NCBI GenBank assembly: GCA_000934665.2
Contig: JYFJ02000293.1
Location: forward strand, 1 to 64,000
Reading direction: 5' to 3'
DNA: 64,000 nt
Origin: Catajapyx aquilonaris
Taxonomy: Eukaryota
Below the pieces are notes generated by a model. The model worked only from the letters and a program-made list of their open reading frames with translations, was not told the origin of the DNA and ran no database searches. Made by a program: the position numbers and the translations under genes. Positions 22,346-34,900 of the stretch are shown in pieces (the first letter of the stretch is position 1; every line of letters begins with the position of its first letter).

Positions 22346-25300
22346 ATGGAACCGGTACTGGCGGTGGTCCTCCTGGCCGTACTGGCGCCTGGATGTCTGG
22401 GCAACAGTTTTAGTTTCCTCAATCGCCACCAGTCGCTGAGGGCTGACACAGTGACGTCACTCCTGGACAGTCTATTGGCCCAGGGAAGATACGACAAGCG
22501 AATCAGGCCTCAGTTCGGAGGTGAATATATTTATTTAAAAAAAAAACGTGTGTCATTCGCTAAAAGAAAAAATGGTGCACATGTAATGGTTTTTTTTTCT
22601 ATTCGCAAAGAGTTGCACTATTTTTTTTACGACTTTCTGCATTTATAAACGCACCGGAGTTGAAAATAGAGGCGCCATTTGGCTGGCCTCAAGGTTTTTG
22701 CTTTGCTGGGTCGCCCATCATTCTTATAGCGACTGTCATTTTGCGGGGTTGTTTTTCTTATCCCTCTCGTCTGTAGGTCGTGACTCAATTTTTCGCTATC
22801 CAGCAGCTTTAATGTCCGCTCTCTCAAAGCCACACACACACCACCACAACCATGAAAACCAGGAATAGAACTGAAGACATTTCATTCACACTTAACACGC
22901 GTGCGGTATACTCTTTGCAGCTTCCGGTCGACTCCGCATATCTTTCTGGCCGCCCAAATTTACAAGGTGTTTCGCAATTCGGATTCTACGCGCCAAGAAT
23001 AATGTCCTATCATACTAGTCCACTGTGTTTTTATATAGTATGTCCCATCAGGTAGTAGTTAACCACAGTTTTAACTTTCCCTGTTCAACAATATAATTAG
23101 ATGACATAGCGGTCAGAGAGGGTACTTCTATCAACTGCTATTATAGCCAAACTCTCTTAGACAATCGCATGGTTTACTTCTTTTGGTCATTATGGGACAC
23201 ACTGTATTAATCTGAATCCCTGGAGTCGTTAGCTCAGTTTGCCAGGAAGTTATCCGAAGAGAGACGCGCCACAAAATTGGGTGTTTAACCGTGATGGAAG
23301 GTATCCGGTCATTAGCAAGGCACAACACATTGGGTGTATAAACCAGCTGTGTAAATGCAATAGGTGCTCCAACATTATTCTTGGTAAAATGTGCATCACA
23401 AGAGCAGTAAAAATTGATGCTCCATGCGATGCTAATGGTTTACTTACTGTTTACAGTGTCCACTAAGGTGATCTTACCATAATTGTCAAATGCTTCAGAC
23501 AATATGTCTCCACATATCCATCAGTGTTCTAGCAGCAATTGGCTTATTAGGAATAAGAAGGATTAGAGCCACGTGCCATGTGATTCATATCCGGTGGTGG
23601 TCAAAATAGTATAAGCGACTCAGATGCATCATTACGACATGACGTCGTTCAAGTTGCACAAATAGAGAGAGTACTTTGATCTCCCTAGTTGCGATTATGC
23701 CAGGTACTATCATTTCGCAGCATCATCTTTTCCATGTGTGTGGAATCACTTGAAGGCATAAATTTGCCTATGCTGGTTACATACACAAGTCAGCCAATCC
23801 TGGTTGTTGCCATGAACACTTTTTCGGTTCGTATTGCCCCCCATTTGACCAGCAGGAGTGCTAAATGTTTCAAGCAATATGTCTCTTCAACTATTCAGCA
23901 CACTGGTTACTCCTCCACATCCTGTACACCCTGTGGTCTTGAACACGTGCCGAAGCCCACAGGTGTCGGCATGTCCACGATGCAATCTCATTACACATCA
24001 TCCTTGAAATTCGTCACAAGAGATCCATAAGACGCCAAGAAATTGCTTGTTCAGCACTTGCGCCCCCTTCAAAAAAAAACAGTATTTTTTTTTTCTTTTT
24101 TAAAAAATGGGGGCGTCGTCGTATCGAATCGGGAATCAGGTCCAAACTAGTGTGGGATGGGGGACAGAGTTGGAATCCGGCTTCTCCGGAAATAAATATT
24201 GGGCAAGGCGGCAGCAACCACCTGCGCCCATTAATTACCATTCCCCCACCCCCAACCCCCTTTGCCTTGCCCGGGGGCGCCATCTTGGCTCCAGGATCCT
24301 TGGGATTGGAGCCAAGAGAAGCTTGTTCCAGAGAACCACCTAAAAAACTTCCGAGTTCTACAAGACACCAGACTATTATCTCCATCCTTACACAAACATC
24401 AACAACAAAACGTCGGCCTCGTTTCTCATGCCTTTCTTTCATTCACAACACGTCCCATCCAGACCATTGTCCCCTGCCATTACCAGACAGCTATTTTAGA
24501 TAATGGCCTCCCGACTGCTCATATGTACTCAACATGCTTTTTTCTCTCTCTCACTTGATGAGTCTGGGGCATTTCCAAGTGTTGTTAGCAGACAAAGCAG
24601 GGGGAATTTGTCTCCTTTCATTATTATAACCGGCGAAATATATTACTTTTGGCAAAATGCTGCCCGCGGACAATATTCGTCTCACAATAACCTTTTTCTT
24701 CTTTTAAAAAAGAGAAATTGCGGGAGGTATTTTTGAGGGAGGCCCAAAAATGCCTGGGAGTTAATCACTGTCGGTCTGTATCCACTAATTGAACGCGGTG
24801 AAGTACATTCAAAGGGGAAAAAAGCTTCGTCGTCGTTACATGCCCCATATGTGGTCACGCGCAAACCCGGCATGCGCGGAAGGATAACTGGTGTAGAGAA
24901 TCTGCGATCTTTGATATGTCTCAAGAGTGCTAACAAACTTCCAGAAATCTTTATCTTATATACATAATAAATAAAAGCACAGAAAGTTTGTCTGTATGTC
25001 CGCGGGCTACCTAGCCCACTTCTGGACTACTCAAGAGTACTGAAACTTGGCTGACTGGGGCGAAAACCGCACTGTTTCTTACATAATAAACCAGAAAGTT
25101 TGTCTGGATGTCCGGGATGAAACTTGGTTGATTGAGGGAATAGTCCGAAAACAACCGCACTTTTCTTACATGATAAAGCAGAAAGTTTGTCTGCATGTCC
25201 GGGATGAAACTTGGCTTGAGAGAATAGTCCGAAAACCGCACTTTTTCTTACATAATAAACCAGAAAGTTTGTCTGCATGTTCGGGCTACCTATATAGCCC

Positions 25301-27347
25301 ACTTCTGGACTGCTGATAGCTCTTGAACTTGGCTGATTGAGGGACGGGAACACGCATTTTTTATGAGTCTCAGTATACCGTTGTAAATTTTTTTTCTAGT
25401 CTTGCATACATCTTGATTTCAGGTCCACCAGTTGTCGTTACAGTCAACCTGTACATCAAAAGTATGGGACCTGTTTCAGAAAATGATGAGGTGAGTATAT
25501 ATGCCCTTTCCTCCGCGTGGTCAATTTTCATCCTGACATGATGCAACCCAATCGTTTTCCATAGACATTCTCGATGGACTGCTACATGAGACAGTTTTGG
25601 TACGACGACAGATTGACGTACAACAAGAGCCAGACCACGGAGTTCTCCATGAACTGGCTGTTCCTGGAGAAGCTGTGGAAGCCTGACACGTACTTTGTTA
25701 ATGGAAGGAAGTCTACGTTGCACAAGATCACCGTGCCTAACAAGTTCGTCCGGCTCAGATATGACGGGTTTCTCACCTACTCAATGCGGTACCGTACAGC
25801 AATGCAGTGCAGTGCGTTTCATAGATATATAATGATGAATGTACCCAGGTAGCACACTTCGTCGGCCCGATATCGGCGATTCGTCGGCCCGATATCGGCG
25901 AATGACACCGGGCCGATGTCGGGCCGATGTCGGGCCAATGTAAAACGGTTAACTTGTTGTCACATCGGGCCGACGTTGGCATCCGGTGTTGGGCCGATGT
26001 TGGCATACGGTGCTGACCCGATCTACATTATACCCTATTATATTGGTTGCAGATTGACAATAGCATCTCGATGTCCGATGCATTTGCACAAGTTTCCTCT
26101 GGATTTGCAAGCCTGTGCTCTGGATATTGGAAGCTGTAAGTATAGGGCACATTGTATCTATCGTCTGAAGTATCCCTTTTTAAATCATGTACACCGTGCA
26201 GATGGATACAGCAAGGAAGATGTGATATACCAGTGGTCCACAGTGGACAGCGTGACCCGAGAGAAGACGGTCAACTTGGCCCAGTACGACCTAGTGCATA
26301 TGAACACTTCAGAGCGTCTCACCAGACCAGCCTTTCAGGACAAAGGTACTGTCATCTTCCTGGTGATACATACATACATCTGATGACACTTTTTTATTTT
26401 CCATAAGGCAATATGAGTCGTCTCCGTGCCGTGTTTTACCTCCAGCGACACACGGGCTACTTCCTGCTCCAAGTGTACATTCCGTGCACACTGATCGTCT
26501 GCTGCTCTTGGGTCGCGTTTTGGATCGACGCCGAGGCGGTACCGGCAAGGATCACATTAGGTACAAACTGTCAACGACCTATTTGTTCAGAACAAGGACT
26601 ACCACTGTATACACTCTTTTTTCGAAACCAGACCGACGATGTACAAGTTGCAAGGTCGCCATGAAATTAGGGTCAGACTGTATAGTACAGGATGTCTGTA
26701 CTCCCCAAAAAAACACAGGTTTTTTTTTCCCATAATGATTTTAACAAATTTTTGTCATATTTTTAGGAGTGACAACGGTGCTGTCGATGACGACGCTGGG
26801 CTTCGGTGGTAGGTCGCAGATGCCTCGTGTGTCTTATGCGACGGCGCTGGACTGGTACGTGATCATATGCTTTGCGTTCGTGTTCGCTTCGCTGGTGGAG
26901 TTCGCAGTCCTCAACTTTGTCCAGAGAGTGGCCAAGCAGCGGAGGAAGATGGCCGCAGCAGCTGCAGCAGCAGCCACCGTGGACATATCTGAGGTGCCTC
27001 CTACGCCACCGACGGAGGAGCCGATGGATGTGGATGCCCCGATGAAGCCAGCCCGATGGCAGCAGCTGCGTCTGGTGGCCAGAGATGCACGTCGTCGCAT
27101 GGCCAGGGCGGCAGCTCAGATGAAGCAGATGAGGAGGGAGAAGATGGATGATGACGACGGCGGCGGAGCAGGAGCAGAGCTCCACGAGGAAGGGTTCTCC
27201 AGACTGGACCTCTACGCCAGGAAGTTCTTCCCGATTCTCTTCGCATTCCTCAATGCCATTTACTGGATCCTCTTCCTCTACTACCTCAGGGACCAGCACG
27301 AGCACCAGCAAGCCGCACCAAAGAAAAAGCTCATTGGTGGAGACTAG
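22346..27347 (+). CDS. GABA-A alpha-like Cys-loop subunit (PAR-type M2), 475 aa
   Basis: Exons 22346-22520, 25423-25490, 25565-25788, 26053-26135, 26202-26345, 26408-26560, 26767-27347 (1428 nt); signal peptide; YDKRIRPQFGG, SMGPVSE, SMDCYMRQ, WKPDTYFVNG; Cys-loop CPMHLHKFPLDLQAC; M2 VPARITLGVTTVLSMTTLGFGGR; SYATALDW; M4 LDLYARKFFP. Confidence 0.93.
24947..25345 (+). mobile_element. Helitron-like non-autonomous fragment with internal ~80-90 bp repeats
   Basis: Starts ATCT..TATATACATAATAAA followed by AGAAAGTTTGTCTGTATGTCCGCGGGCTACCTA; this block recurs four times and is homologous to the 48.8-49.4 kb array; Helitron class inferred from general resemblance. Confidence 0.5.
25843..26010. mobile_element. 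truncated DNA-transposon/MITE end with 11-bp subterminal repeats
   Basis: ACCCAGGTAGCACA start followed by GATGTCGGGCC / GATATCGGCG repeats; lies in intron 3 of the alpha-like gene; shares a unit with the 20.8 kb array. Confidence 0.5.
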
Positions 27348-28984
27348 TCCGCACAGAAAAAATATAAAGATCTGAATCCCCCAACTTTGTTTGTATGCCT
27401 AACACATACATAGCGCCTTGTATTTTACTAACACTTAATAAATTATAAGATAAAACACATTGCGTACTAGTTGTGGTAAAATAAACATGCGCATTTCCTG
27501 CCAACAGTATTTTTAATTAATTGGACCATCCATATAAAACACAGAAGGCAGTGTGAGCTGCTTGGTATACACTATACATGTCGATTATACACAAAAATCC
27601 AACCGTTTATTTTTTTTGTTCTTGACGGCTCCTTTTTGTTGGGAGTGAACTTTTTTTTTTTCCGGTAATAATTCTTTTCTTCTTCCATATATGGCAACAT
27701 TTGCTCGTGGATTTATTTTGTTAAGTCCGCAGGGCACAGTCACTGTCACAATCTTACGAAACTCTTTGACGATAAAAAAAAAAAGAAATGTCCCCCCTTT
27801 TGTTTCTTTGTACTTGAATAATAATGTTCGGTTACAACATATACTGGAAATGCAGCCAAAATATAAAAACAACTAGTATGAAAAACTGGGCTGTTGAAAA
27901 AAAAAAAAAATGAACCAAAAAAATTAAGGGAACTGTGTGACGAGCTTGGAATCGACTAGAAAAAAAAGTCTTGCCGTCCCCCCCTGCCTCAGCATATACA
28001 ATAATAAATACACTTTTTATAATCTTTTAGTGGGAGGGGGAAATAGCAAGGGGGGAGGTGCTTGAAAAGGAATGTGCATTGAACACCTGAACAACAAAGC
28101 AAAAAAATTTTAAATGCAGGCGAGGCCAAGTTGCGAGTCCACACACTTGGAAACGGGGGACAAGTAAAGGAAAGGGTGGGATGTGTTGTGTGTGGCCATT
28201 GCAATAAGTGTAGTAGTTCTCTTGCCGCACACAAGGCGAGGGTAGCACCTGCGGCTGAGCAATTCAACTACTATGGCACCTGTCCATAGTCAAATAAAAA
28301 GGTTGCATAAATTTTACGAACATCTTCTGCTGAAGAGTGGGATCTACCAGCATGGTTTATACTGGCCAACAGTGGCACAGACAAGGTGCTACCGCGCATT
28401 TTGGTCAAATAAGGGACCTACCACATTATTACGCCTGTCACTGGTTATGTTAACAATTCAATATCCGTCCATGTAATCATGTGAAAGAAGGGAGGGAGGG
28501 GACAAGGAATGGTTAAAAAGGCACTTTGGTCACATATCTTTCTCCTCCACTTTTGTGATTGGTCCTTTTCTCTGGTCGTTTTTTTAAAATACAAATGAAC
28601 ACTTAGGAACGCCCAATGTAAACACTCAGCACCATGATCCCTAACACAGTGATCGTCGCCATAAAAGGAGGGGGATCTCCTAACTTTTTGAGCACGAGTG
28701 CACATCATGGGCGCCCACATTAGGTACCAAAAAAAGAAAATACAAAAAATAATAATCAGGAAACACAAAAAAAAGAGAGACTCGACAGTCTCTGCGGAAT
28801 GTGAAAGCAAACATCCAGGATGAGTCAAAACGTGCCCTTGTTTGGTGCCAGCAAAAACAACACTCAGGCAAATCTAAATGGCCCCCGCACACCCCACTGT
28901 GATGGCAGAGGTTACACATACGATTACGCCAAAATTTGGACGGCACCATTTTGAGTCACCCTGTACTTTTGGAGGGAGGGACAG

Positions 28985-31900
28985 TCATATCCGGGGCTTG
29001 TACGTAAGGGTGATGTGGAAGGTGTGCATGTCCGTCTCGGTGCAGTCACGCTCTGTTATGGGAGGTTCCTCTGAAGAAGTCCCGCCTCCAGCACCTCCTG
29101 CTTCCCCAGTGGCCCCGCCCACTTCCATCTCGGCCCCTCCCCCTTCCATCTTGACTCCTCCCCCAGCACCGCCTCCTTCAACCTCTGCCCCACCCTCCAC
29201 AGCTCCTCCTCCTCCCACATCCCTGACCCTCCCTCCATTCTCCTTGTTCTTCTTGCTGCTCCCCCTCCTGAGAGGAATTCTCCTGTCCTTATCCCGACTG
29301 GACGTCCGGCGAAGCAGCTGCTTCAAGGACTCAGCACTGGCGCTCAGGCCACCTGTAACAACAATGCAGATATGTAAACGATTCCTGCGATTGATAGTAC
29401 GTCCAGGGAGCATATACTACATAAGAGGTGCAAACATTCGATTTCCGCGTCTCTCTGTTTGGGGCGTTGCCAAGGCTGGCGGCCATTGTGAAGTGGGGGC
29501 AACCTCAACGAGGTATAAATAGGGTACAGGCAATAATTGGGTCCGCCATCTTTGATTCGCCCGTGTTCTCGACGTGTAGTTGCCATGGCCGCCAAAACCA
29601 TCATAGATGGCGGACCCTATTTTTGCCTGTACGCAGTATCCTATTTATACCTCGTTGGCGTTCCCCACACTTCAAGATGGCCGCCAGCATTGGCAACGGC
29701 CCCAAACAGAGAGACGCGAACATCAAAGGCGCCGACAGAAGTTTGCGCCTCTTATGTAGTATATGCTCCCTGGTACGGCCAGCTGTCATAAGTCGACTCT
29801 TACAATAAAATAGAAAAGATAGTAATAATGCAGGGTCATAATTCCATAATTTGTTAGTTGGTTAACTTAATGGCTAAAGGTACGTATATTTGAAAAAAAC
29901 TCGCTCCTCATAATTGAGCAACCTAAGCGCTTTTAAAAAAATCAAGCACCTCAAACACGTAACACATGGATTTAGAACAACATTGATGCAATTGAGATGC
30001 AAGTCGTTAAATCGCATGTTAGAGAGCAATGTGTTCTAAAAAATTACCCGAAATGTCCTGACCTTATTGCCAACGGAAAGGACATGCACAATCCTAGCAG
30101 CAAACAATCCCACATCAAACCCAAATTCAGCAAACAGAAAGCAGACATAAATAGTGCATTTCAGTCCCAACGATAGGTTGGATAACATCCGCCGGTCACA
30201 TGGGGTCGGAATTAGTAAATTTCACCTTACAGTCAACACAAAAAAAAAGCCGGAGCGAACGGAAACGGGAGCTGGGACAGAGTACGGAACAAAAAAAAAA
30301 AACCCAATGAATTTCCCCCACATCTGACGGTAATCTTTGGACCCAACATGACTTGAGCCAAATCCCATCTCTCACAAGACTGAATGCACCGTTTTATTGA
30401 GCAGGCGACAGGGAGGGCTTGGATGACCCCTGACCTCTGTGCATCATGACCATCCCCTGTGGCTGGCACTGGTTGGCGAGACCAGTCTCTTCCCTGAGGA
30501 CGTGCAGGGAGGTGTCGGAGTCCGCCTCCAAGATGGCACTTTGAGGGCGGACCCCCAAGTGGTGCATTTGCTGGGTCATCTGCTGGTGCATCTGGTGCAG
30601 TTGCAGTGGGGACAGGAACCACTCCGAACGGGTGCGCATGCGGGCTGCCTGCCTCTCGTGGACCTGCAGCCCCCATATGCCACAGACAAAGGGAGGAGAA
30701 GAGAGGGACGGATCGGGGGAGGAGGGGGGGAGAACAGACCCAGAGAGAGACAGAGACCCAGTCAATAACACATGTGTCCACACACCAAAAACGTCCAATC
30801 TCTCGCACCATACATTTTTATCCCCCACAAGCCACTTTCGCTTCAACCACACACACACATGGGAGTATGTACAACTTAAATTCAGCACCTGCTAAGCTTT
30901 CTGAGCGGTAAGTTAACCACTGGAAGGGTCGTTCAGGTTTCAACCTTGCGACAAATCATATGTATTTCTTAATCTCTCTCAAAAAAATCCAATGATAGCT
31001 CACAATTTCATTGCGCAAGACAGAAAACAATTAAGGCATTTATCGCTCCTTTGTGAGATCAAAGCCCCTTCACGTACACATAAGGTTAGCCCATTGTGAG
31101 TTTTACAGTATTATTTAGCACCTTGACCTGGCCAGGGAATCCAATAGTTCTGCATTAATCAGCATAAGCCATATTAGCAGTGGGAGACAATTCGCAAACA
31201 TGATGACAAATTGTGCAAATTTATCATCATCGTACCGTTTCACAATAAATTTAATGCAAACCAACAGCAGCAAAAATGCCGACTTATGCCACCGTTTCAC
31301 TTCTGACTAGTGCATCACATAGCAGAATCCCCTAGTCACGTTGCCAATTACTGAACAAAGCAACTTCCTGTTGGGTGTTAGTATGTTAAATCTAATGATA
31401 CACATACCTCATTAAACATAATTTTGCATAATTATACAAGTGGTCATGCTAACCCATCCAATTCACCACCGTCCCAGAGCAGATGGTGAATTGCGGGTTG
31501 TGCACAATGTGCATGCAGCTAACAAATAAGTGAAAGAGGGTTAGACCATTGAAAGAGGTGCGGTTTGTGCAGGCAGCCCCAAGTGACTGACCTTCCACGG
31601 CTGGAAGCTCCTCCTTCCCAAGTCCGACTGTCCCGGCATCCATCCCGTCCATCCTTCCTTCCCAGGCCGCTCTCTGCCATGCTAAGCCAAGTTTCGGAGG
31701 GAGGAAGTGAAAAGAGGATGGGTGGGGTGGCGGTTGGGGGGGCAAGTGGGTAAAGGCAATGCCTATGTACAACCATGCTATGTACATGCGATCAAAATTG
31801 AGAGTACTGACCTGCGGGAGAAACGAGAGGCTCTTTGTGCTCTCGGCATAACGGTTGACCTGCTTAAGCTCCTCTAGGGTCATGTGGGGACTGGATGATC

Positions 31901-34900
31901 CGCTTGACGAAGGCGACCTTCCTCCCCCTTCCCCTCCGCCCCCTGCTTCTCCAGAAGCACCCTGGAACAGCCCATTCTCCTCCAGGCTAACACTCAATCT
32001 GGGGTAACTTCCCAAGAGGCTGTTTTCCGGGATGATCCCAAGCGACCCACTTCCTCCGGCAGCCTCCCCGGCCACAGGCGACACTCCTCCTCCTCCGCCC
32101 ACCCCACTTTCTCCGCCACCCACACCTGAGAGCGGGGCCGAGCTGGAGCCTGCGCCATCAAGGCTCTCTGGAAAAACACATCAGGTATTACAAACCGCAT
32201 TTGGTGTCTACGAGTGAGACACAGGCTAACAGACTACCTCTAAGATGAGTCTATCACTTTGGGAGGTTACCAACAAGTTAATTGGAAACAATAAATCAAA
32301 GTGCGCATGCATTGTTCAGGAGGCAATGCGGAAGCAAGAATGTTATCAACGGAATCATAATTGGAGATAGGGAATGCCAAAGCTTGCAACTTGCATTTAA
32401 ATAAGGAAAGGTTGGCGTATCAATCAGCATAATTTACTCGGCAATAACTGTCCACTAAAAATGAAATATCCATTCACCATATTGGCTCTACGTTTTTCCA
32501 TTCTGGCAATGAATCCTTCGATTGTCCAAATACAAATCTACTTTCATGTCGTTCACGTATTTCCGTAATATTCGACAGTTTACATGTCTCGTAATTATTA
32601 ATTCATTCTTATTCCAAAGATTTCCAAATAAACAAGACCCACAGAACTATTAGATGAAATTGCCCCATCAATTTTGTCAACATTTCAATAAGTGACAAAG
32701 GCTCAAACAAATTGCAACAGCCATTAATGGCCATCAGACAACAAAATAATTATCTTTAACAGGGTCTCATCACGGCCAATTACACATCCTGATTTCAATC
32801 CTGTTATGCACTGCACACCCATGAAGACTAGTTATCATCAATTAGCATGGAAAACAAGCAGCATGCATCGCATATCTAAAGCACATGTGACTAAAACACC
32901 TATTGCGCCTGCAGCAATAAAAGCCAAACGAGACAATCAGATCAAAGCAGTAGGCTAAAAAGATCAAGATGAAAGACACGAAAAGAAAAAAGAAAAAATA
33001 TGCAGCAGGCAGAGAGGTAGAGAGAAAAAATGAAGTTGTTTTTTTTTGGGAAAGAACTGAACACAACCAATACTAATCCCTACCTTCCAAATCGAGTCTG
33101 AGTCCCCACCTCTCACTCTCATATTGCAACCAAGTCTTTTCGGCCTCCATTGACAAGTGGCCTGCAGCAAAAAAGACGGACAAGGGGAAAAAAATCATAA
33201 TGATAACAATAATAATAAAATAATAAAATGGTCATGAAAAAAAAATAATGAAGAAGCCTCATCATATCAATAATAAAAATTAAAAAAAAAGCACAAACGC
33301 ACATGTACACACACTGTCATTGCTACTCGAGAAATTACTTCCTCTTTTTAAAACTCATTGCCACTCTCGTCAAGAGCAAGGCCTGTGGGTGTCCCAAAAT
33401 AAACAACAGTGAAAGCAATCATGCTTCAAATTGCCAAAATGCTAGATTCCAAATAAAAAATTGAAGTGCACAGAGCAAAAAAGTCTCATCAATTTTGATC
33501 ATATCCTTAGGTCAGCTGAAAGTTAAAAAACTATTTAACGCAAATCCACACTACAGCTGGAAAGTACAGTAATGAATTAATCGCATGGTAAGTAATTAGA
33601 TACTTTGTTTGTATGCTAATTAATAACTATTTCACTCCAGAGATGGTTGGTCAGAACTCCAGAAAATATTAAACTAAGAATTCTGCCTTTTCATGCAAAA
33701 TAACAGCTGCTGGACCGAGTGAATTTCCTCCTTGAACAGTATGACATTACAAAAAAAAAGTGACGCTGGTTCTGATGAAGAAGATATCGTTTACAACAAT
33801 AATATCGGAGTTCTGGACCAACATGTTTACTATTACATACTAACAAATCAAAAATTCTCGTTAAGAACATATGTCCACATTTTACACCCCCCAAAAAATC
33901 GCTGCTTAACACGAATGAGAGAAGAATCACTCACGCGAGACAAGTGCATCTGGTGGGTATCTGAAGCTGAAAATCCAGTCCTCCTCCACCTTGAGAATAC
34001 GGCCGGTGATACGGGCGTAATACTCGTAGTTCTCGCGCCCAAACAGGTTGCTCACGCCAAAGTTATCAATCAGGAACTTCATTATCTTGGTGGCCACCTG
34101 ATCCCAATGCAGCACACAAAAAGTTTTACGTTAAGACAAGCTAAAAATAATTCCATTCGTGAACCAACACCTACACATACACTTTTAAGCTGATTTGGAT
34201 CGCACAAATTGACAACTCTTTCGCTAAACCACTAGCTCCAATTAAATGCTGGTGTAGGATAATTGACATTAAGTGCATACGAAGCTCTCAGTTGGAGGCT
34301 AGTGGCTGCAAGCTGTACGTATCGCTAACAATATTCATAGAGTTCGCATTTCTCATTAAATGACATTCTTCAGATTGATCTGGCGTGCATTAATTAGCGC
34401 ACAAGCAAGATCAAGTCATGATTCCAGGACTTACACCAAGTTCAAGTTAATTAATTTCAGACTAACGATGGGCACAATTTGGATCTGAATTGATTTGCGC
34501 AACGCACCACTCGAGAGAGCACAGCTGAGTATAAAAAAAATAATGGCTATGAATCGACCTGAACATAAATGGGAAATGAATTGAATGAAGACGAATTGGA
34601 AGTTTTAATGCGAGACAAGTACCGCATGAATTTAATTAATTCAAAACGAATTTGTGCCCCACATCAGAGAACAGACAAAAAAAATACTCTCAATCCATAT
34701 CAGCTTTTCCTAAACTTGTGATAACATGCAAACTTTTTTTTCTCCTCTCCCACATTTTTTTTTAATGGTTCAAGTTTTTTTTTAAAGTCTACCAAAAAAA
34801 GGAACAAACACAGCTGCAAGAATTACACTGAAAAGATGCGCATGCTCTCTACTAATTACACACTGAGTGAAACGGGCCAACAATTAAAAACAATTTTTTT

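Noticed and set aside
23100..24030. Possible decayed non-LTR reverse-transcriptase remnant on minus (LCLQVIPHTWK); similar hint near 4900-5300
   Set aside because: Many stops and only faint motif echoes; needs TBLASTN/HMM
22346..27347. Naming the alpha-like gene Grd, CG8916 or Rdl
   Set aside because: M2 (PARITLG..LGFGGR) does not match those subunits as I know them; left unnamed pending phylogeny
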